Source: Candidatus Hermodarchaeota archaeon
Lineage (GTDB): Archaea; Asgardarchaeota; Lokiarchaeia; Sigyniarchaeales; SOKP01
Assembly (NCBI GenBank): GCA_048885925.1
Contig: JBHLLG010000097.1
Location: forward strand, 1-10,759
Length of the DNA: 10,759 bases
Direction: 5' to 3'
How positions within the stretch are numbered: position 1 is the stretch's first letter; each line of letters starts with the position of its first letter. The notes beneath the pieces are model-generated. The model was not told where the DNA came from. It saw only the letters and a list, made by a program, of their open reading frames with translations, and searched no databases. The position numbers and the translations under genes are program-made. Positions 7,656 through 10,759 of this stretch are shown here, piece by piece.

Positions 7656-8246
7656 ATGTCTTTAAAGTTTTGTCCGAAATGTGGAAATGAATTAGAACCA
7701 AATTCTTCGTTTTGTGACTCATGTGGAGCAGAATTGAAATCTAGAACGGTTATGACTCAACCAGCTGTAGAAAAGAAGGCAGAACCCGTAATTAAAATTG
7801 CTCAAGGAACAGTAATTTATGGTGATTTTTTTCCAAGATTGGCAGCTGTTATTCTTGATGGAATTATAATTGGAATTATTGGTTCAATTTTGTCATGGAT
7901 AATCTTTGTTCCATGGGTACCATTTAATGTTTTTGATCCCTTTGGAGGCTGGTGGTATGTTTCGTTTCCTTTTGATTGGGTGATTGGTTTTTTATACATG
8001 TGGCTACTGGAGGCATACAATAATGGTCAAACTTTTGGAAAAATGGCGTTAAATCTACGAACTGTAGATGAACAAACTCTTACTCTGGCAAGTTCTAGCA
8101 GCTATGCTATAAATAATCTTTTGAAACCTTCTGGATTTTTAATATTGGACTTTATCATAGGAATCCTCATGAATTCAGGAGACCCAAAACATAGATTGCG
8201 ACTTATGCAAAATATTTCAAAAACCGTTGTAATATCAACAAAATAA
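7656..8246 (+). CDS. RDD family membrane protein with N-terminal zinc ribbon
   Basis: N-terminal CPKCG-x9-CDSCG zinc ribbon. RDD signature FFPRLAAVILDGIII, then GQTFGKMALNLRTV and a C-terminal RLMQNISKTVVI. Confidence 0.9.
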   Translation: MSLKFCPKCGNELEPNSSFCDSCGAELKSRTVMTQPAVEKKAEPVIKIAQGTVIYGDFFPRLAAVILDGIIIGIIGSILSWIIFVPWVPFNVFDPFGGWWYVSFPFDWVIGFLYMWLLEAYNNGQTFGKMALNLRTVDEQTLTLASSSSYAINNLLKPSGFLILDFIIGILMNSGDPKHRLRLMQNISKTVVISTK

Positions 8247-8412
8247 AAATTTAATTATATTTTAAGTTAAATTAATTTATTTTTCTTTTCCTTGTATTTT
8301 ATTTCATTAGAAATTTATTACTATCTAAACATTTAAAAAGTTAAATTTATATGAAAAACCACAGAGAATATATTATTCATTTTTATTTTTACTATCAAAA
8401 TAAAGTGTTAAA

Positions 8413-8622
8413 ATGGAGATTGTAGAATATCAAGATATTGAATGGGCAAATGATTGGAAGATTATAGTAGAAATTTATGATACTATAGATTATTTAAAAT
8501 CCTTATTTAAAAAGTTAGATGTTTCATATTTACGCGAAATACAACAGAAAATGTTGATATTAAATCTTCAGAAATATGCATGGTCGTTACAAAATTACAT
8601 AATTGAGAAATATTCAAAATAG
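8413..8622 (+). CDS. Small hypothetical helical protein (69 aa)
   Basis: ATG to TAG ORF that stands alone in an intergenic gap, co-oriented with its neighbours, with protein-like composition and a T-tract after the stop. Confidence 0.7.
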   Translation: MEIVEYQDIEWANDWKIIVEIYDTIDYLKSLFKKLDVSYLREIQQKMLILNLQKYAWSLQNYIIEKYSK

Positions 8623-8800
8623 CTTTTTTCTTCTATAAACGCCACATATCAATGTTTTTATCAAAATAAGTAGTTTAGGATTATCAATTTTACCTCCTTT
8701 ACATATTAGTCCATTTTTTCTTACTTAATTTTTAATAGAAAAGAAAAATTATTACTTAATCTAAATTAAAATAACAAAAAATAAAATTTGAGATTATCTT

Positions 8801-10171
8801 ATGAGTGAACTTAAGTTTGGTAAAAAGCAGAAGTGGAGTTTTGGGATGGGAACCTTTGCACAATGGTTTTTGAATGCTGCTTTTAACACCTGGGTTTTAT
8901 CATTTTATTTTGTTGCAGTTGGATTAGATATTAAATTAATATTGCTTGCTTTTATAATCTGGACTTTATGGAATGCATTCAATGATCCATTAATTGGATA
9001 TCTATCTGATAGAACTCGAACACGAATTGGTCGTAGAAAACCATTTATCATATTAGGGTCAATCCCGATTTTAATAATCGAAATTATTGTATGGCTTCCT
9101 CCTACAGGTAATCAAATTATAACGTTTGTGTATCTCCTTATTATACTCATATGTTTTGATACATTCTACACCATGGTTACCTTAATAGATTCAGTCTTCC
9201 CTGAACTCTATACATCTGTAGAAGAACGAGCCGAGGTTAATACTATTAAACAAGTTCTAGCAACAATTGGCCTTATTTTGGCATTTTTAGTTCCAGGAAT
9301 GTTTATTGGTGAAACCTTGTCTGATCCTAGTGGATATCCTATTAACGGTATTGTAACTACCATACTTGTAGGGATTTCTCTTGTAGTATGCATTAGATGG
9401 GGCGTCGTGGAGAAAGAAGAATTTAAGTTAGATCATAAACATGAATTTTCATTCTTTAAGGGTATGAAATATACATTCAACAACAAAGGATTCATACTTT
9501 ATACAATAATGTTTTTTTTATTTGAATATATAATTTTGCTATATGGCTCTGTTATTCCTTTATGGGGTGAAAATGTCTTGGAAGTTGGAAGTACATTTGA
9601 AACTTCTTTACTATTGGGATCAATCTTTATCGTTGGGATTATTTCGGTGATTCTTTGGAGATATCTTGATGTTAAAATAGGGAGTCGTAAATCCTATGCA
9701 ATTGCGATGGTATTATTTGCAGTAGCAATTATCCCTATTCTGTTTGCTACTGATTTTATTTCAGCCCTTCTCACTATCTCGACGGCAGGGATTGGATTTG
9801 GAGGAATGCTTTATTTCATCTATTTAATTATTGCTGATGTCATTGATGAAGATGAGTTAAAAACAGGAGTTCGGCGTGAAGGAACATTTTTTGGTGTTAC
9901 CAATTTTTTCATGCGTCTTTCAATGGTAATTTCTGTATTATCCGTTTCGCTAGTGTTTGTTTCTACAGGTTGGGAAACTTGGACACCTGATCCGAATTTT
10001 GATATCTTATTAGGAATTAGACTTCTGATGGTATTATTCCCAATGATTGCAATCATTTTGAGCCTAGTTTGCTTGTACTTTTATCCATTTACAAAAAGTA
10101 AGGTGGATGAAATTAAATCGCAATTAAAAGAACTTCATGAAAAAAAGTTAGAAACTGTTAGAGCTAAATAA
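8801..10171 (+). CDS. MFS transporter, glycoside-pentoside-hexuronide (GPH/MelB-like) family
   Basis: About 12 hydrophobic segments. Family motifs WNAFNDPLIGYLSDRTRTRIGRRKPFI, PELYTSVEERAEVN and ADVIDEDELKTGVRREGTFFG, ending FYPFTK. Substrate not determinable. Confidence 0.93.
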   Translation: MSELKFGKKQKWSFGMGTFAQWFLNAAFNTWVLSFYFVAVGLDIKLILLAFIIWTLWNAFNDPLIGYLSDRTRTRIGRRKPFIILGSIPILIIEIIVWLPPTGNQIITFVYLLIILICFDTFYTMVTLIDSVFPELYTSVEERAEVNTIKQVLATIGLILAFLVPGMFIGETLSDPSGYPINGIVTTILVGISLVVCIRWGVVEKEEFKLDHKHEFSFFKGMKYTFNNKGFILYTIMFFLFEYIILLYGSVIPLWGENVLEVGSTFETSLLLGSIFIVGIISVILWRYLDVKIGSRKSYAIAMVLFAVAIIPILFATDFISALLTISTAGIGFGGMLYFIYLIIADVIDEDELKTGVRREGTFFGVTNFFMRLSMVISVLSVSLVFVSTGWETWTPDPNFDILLGIRLLMVLFPMIAIILSLVCLYFYPFTKSKVDEIKSQLKELHEKKLETVRAK

Positions 10172-10175
10172 AATC

Positions 10176-10192
10176 TCCTTTTTTCTTTTTTT
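10176..10192 (+). terminator. Oligo-T tract, probable archaeal-type terminator of the MFS gene
   Basis: TCCTTTTTTCTTTTTTT lies immediately after the TAA stop, in the 39-nt gap between convergent genes. Confidence 0.45.
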
Positions 10193-10210
10193 AATATTAA
10201 TTTAAAGGTG

Positions 10211-10759
10211 TTAAATTTGGATTAATGCTTGATCTAAATCCTCTATTAAATCAGCTGGATCTTCCAATCCTACTGAAAATCTGAAATGTGTCTTTGAAAT
10301 ATTCATAGATTTAAGTTCCCAAGGAGCGAGATCAAAACCTGTCATTAAACTAGTATATTCTATAAGAGATGTTAAATCCCCTAATGATACCCCTACTTTA
10401 ATTAATTTTAAAAGTTCCATAAACTTATTGCTTGCTTCTACTGATTTAAGTTCAAATCCAATCATTCCACCAAAATCTTTCATTTGTTGCTTAGCGATTT
10501 TATGGTCAGGATGAGAGTTTAAACCGGGATATCTTACATTTACAATTTTAGGATGATTCTCTAAATAGTTTGCTAATTTCATAGCATTAGAAGAATGACG
10601 CATCATACGTAAGCTTAGTGTTCTAATTCCTCGTAAAATTAACCAAGCATTAAACGGACTAAGTACTTGACCTTGTGTTTCCTGCCAAAAATATCTTATA
10701 TTTAAAATCTCATTTTTAGGACCTATTATTGCTCCACCTAAACAGTCTCCATGACCATT
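10211..10759 (-). CDS. PLP-dependent Cys/Met metabolism enzyme (methionine gamma-lyase / cystathionine gamma-synthase family), 5'-truncated by the window edge
   Basis: The frame is open from 10759, reading NGHGDCLGGAIIG...LSPFNAWLILRGIRTLSLRMMRHSSNAMKLANYLENHPKIVNVRYPGL...FGGMIGF...VSLGD...RFSVGLED. The ORF-track start at 10606 is an internal Met. The PLP lysine would lie just outside the window. Confidence 0.93.
   Translation of the reverse strand, partial: NGHGDCLGGAIIGPKNEILNIRYFWQETQGQVLSPFNAWLILRGIRTLSLRMMRHSSNAMKLANYLENHPKIVNVRYPGLNSHPDHKIAKQQMKDFGGMIGFELKSVEASNKFMELLKLIKVGVSLGDLTSLIEYTSLMTGFDLAPWELKSMNISKTHFRFSVGLEDPADLIEDLDQALIQI

Noticed and set aside
7817-8020. 67-aa minus-strand ORF
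   Set aside because: Antisense shadow of the RDD gene.
9208-10056. Two minus-strand ORFs (61 and 78 aa)
   Set aside because: Antisense shadows of the MFS transporter.

Overview
Very AT-rich (roughly 25-30% GC by eye), gene-dense window without introns. Its content (Roadblock-small GTPase fusion, longin-like domains, short A/T-rich intergenic spacers) most resembles an Asgard archaeon of the Lokiarchaeia type; this origin is inferred from gene content, not from a database search. In order: the 3' part of a hypothetical protein with a winged-helix-like segment; a 286-aa beta-rich hypothetical; a Roadblock/LC7 + Rab-like GTPase fusion; a 55-aa ORF missing from the ORF track; an apparently orphan N6-adenine DNA methyltransferase carrying a CxxC-x12-CxxC insertion; two tandem paralogous 7-TM proteins, each with a conserved C-terminal longin-like domain; a zinc-ribbon RDD protein; a 69-aa hypothetical; a GPH/MelB-type MFS transporter; and the 3' part of a PLP-dependent Cys/Met metabolism enzyme. 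The most interesting element is the 7TM-longin pair near the Roadblock-Rab-like GTPase, which may be a membrane-receptor-to-small-GTPase signalling module (hypothesis). No rRNA, tRNA, CRISPR array or transposase was seen.
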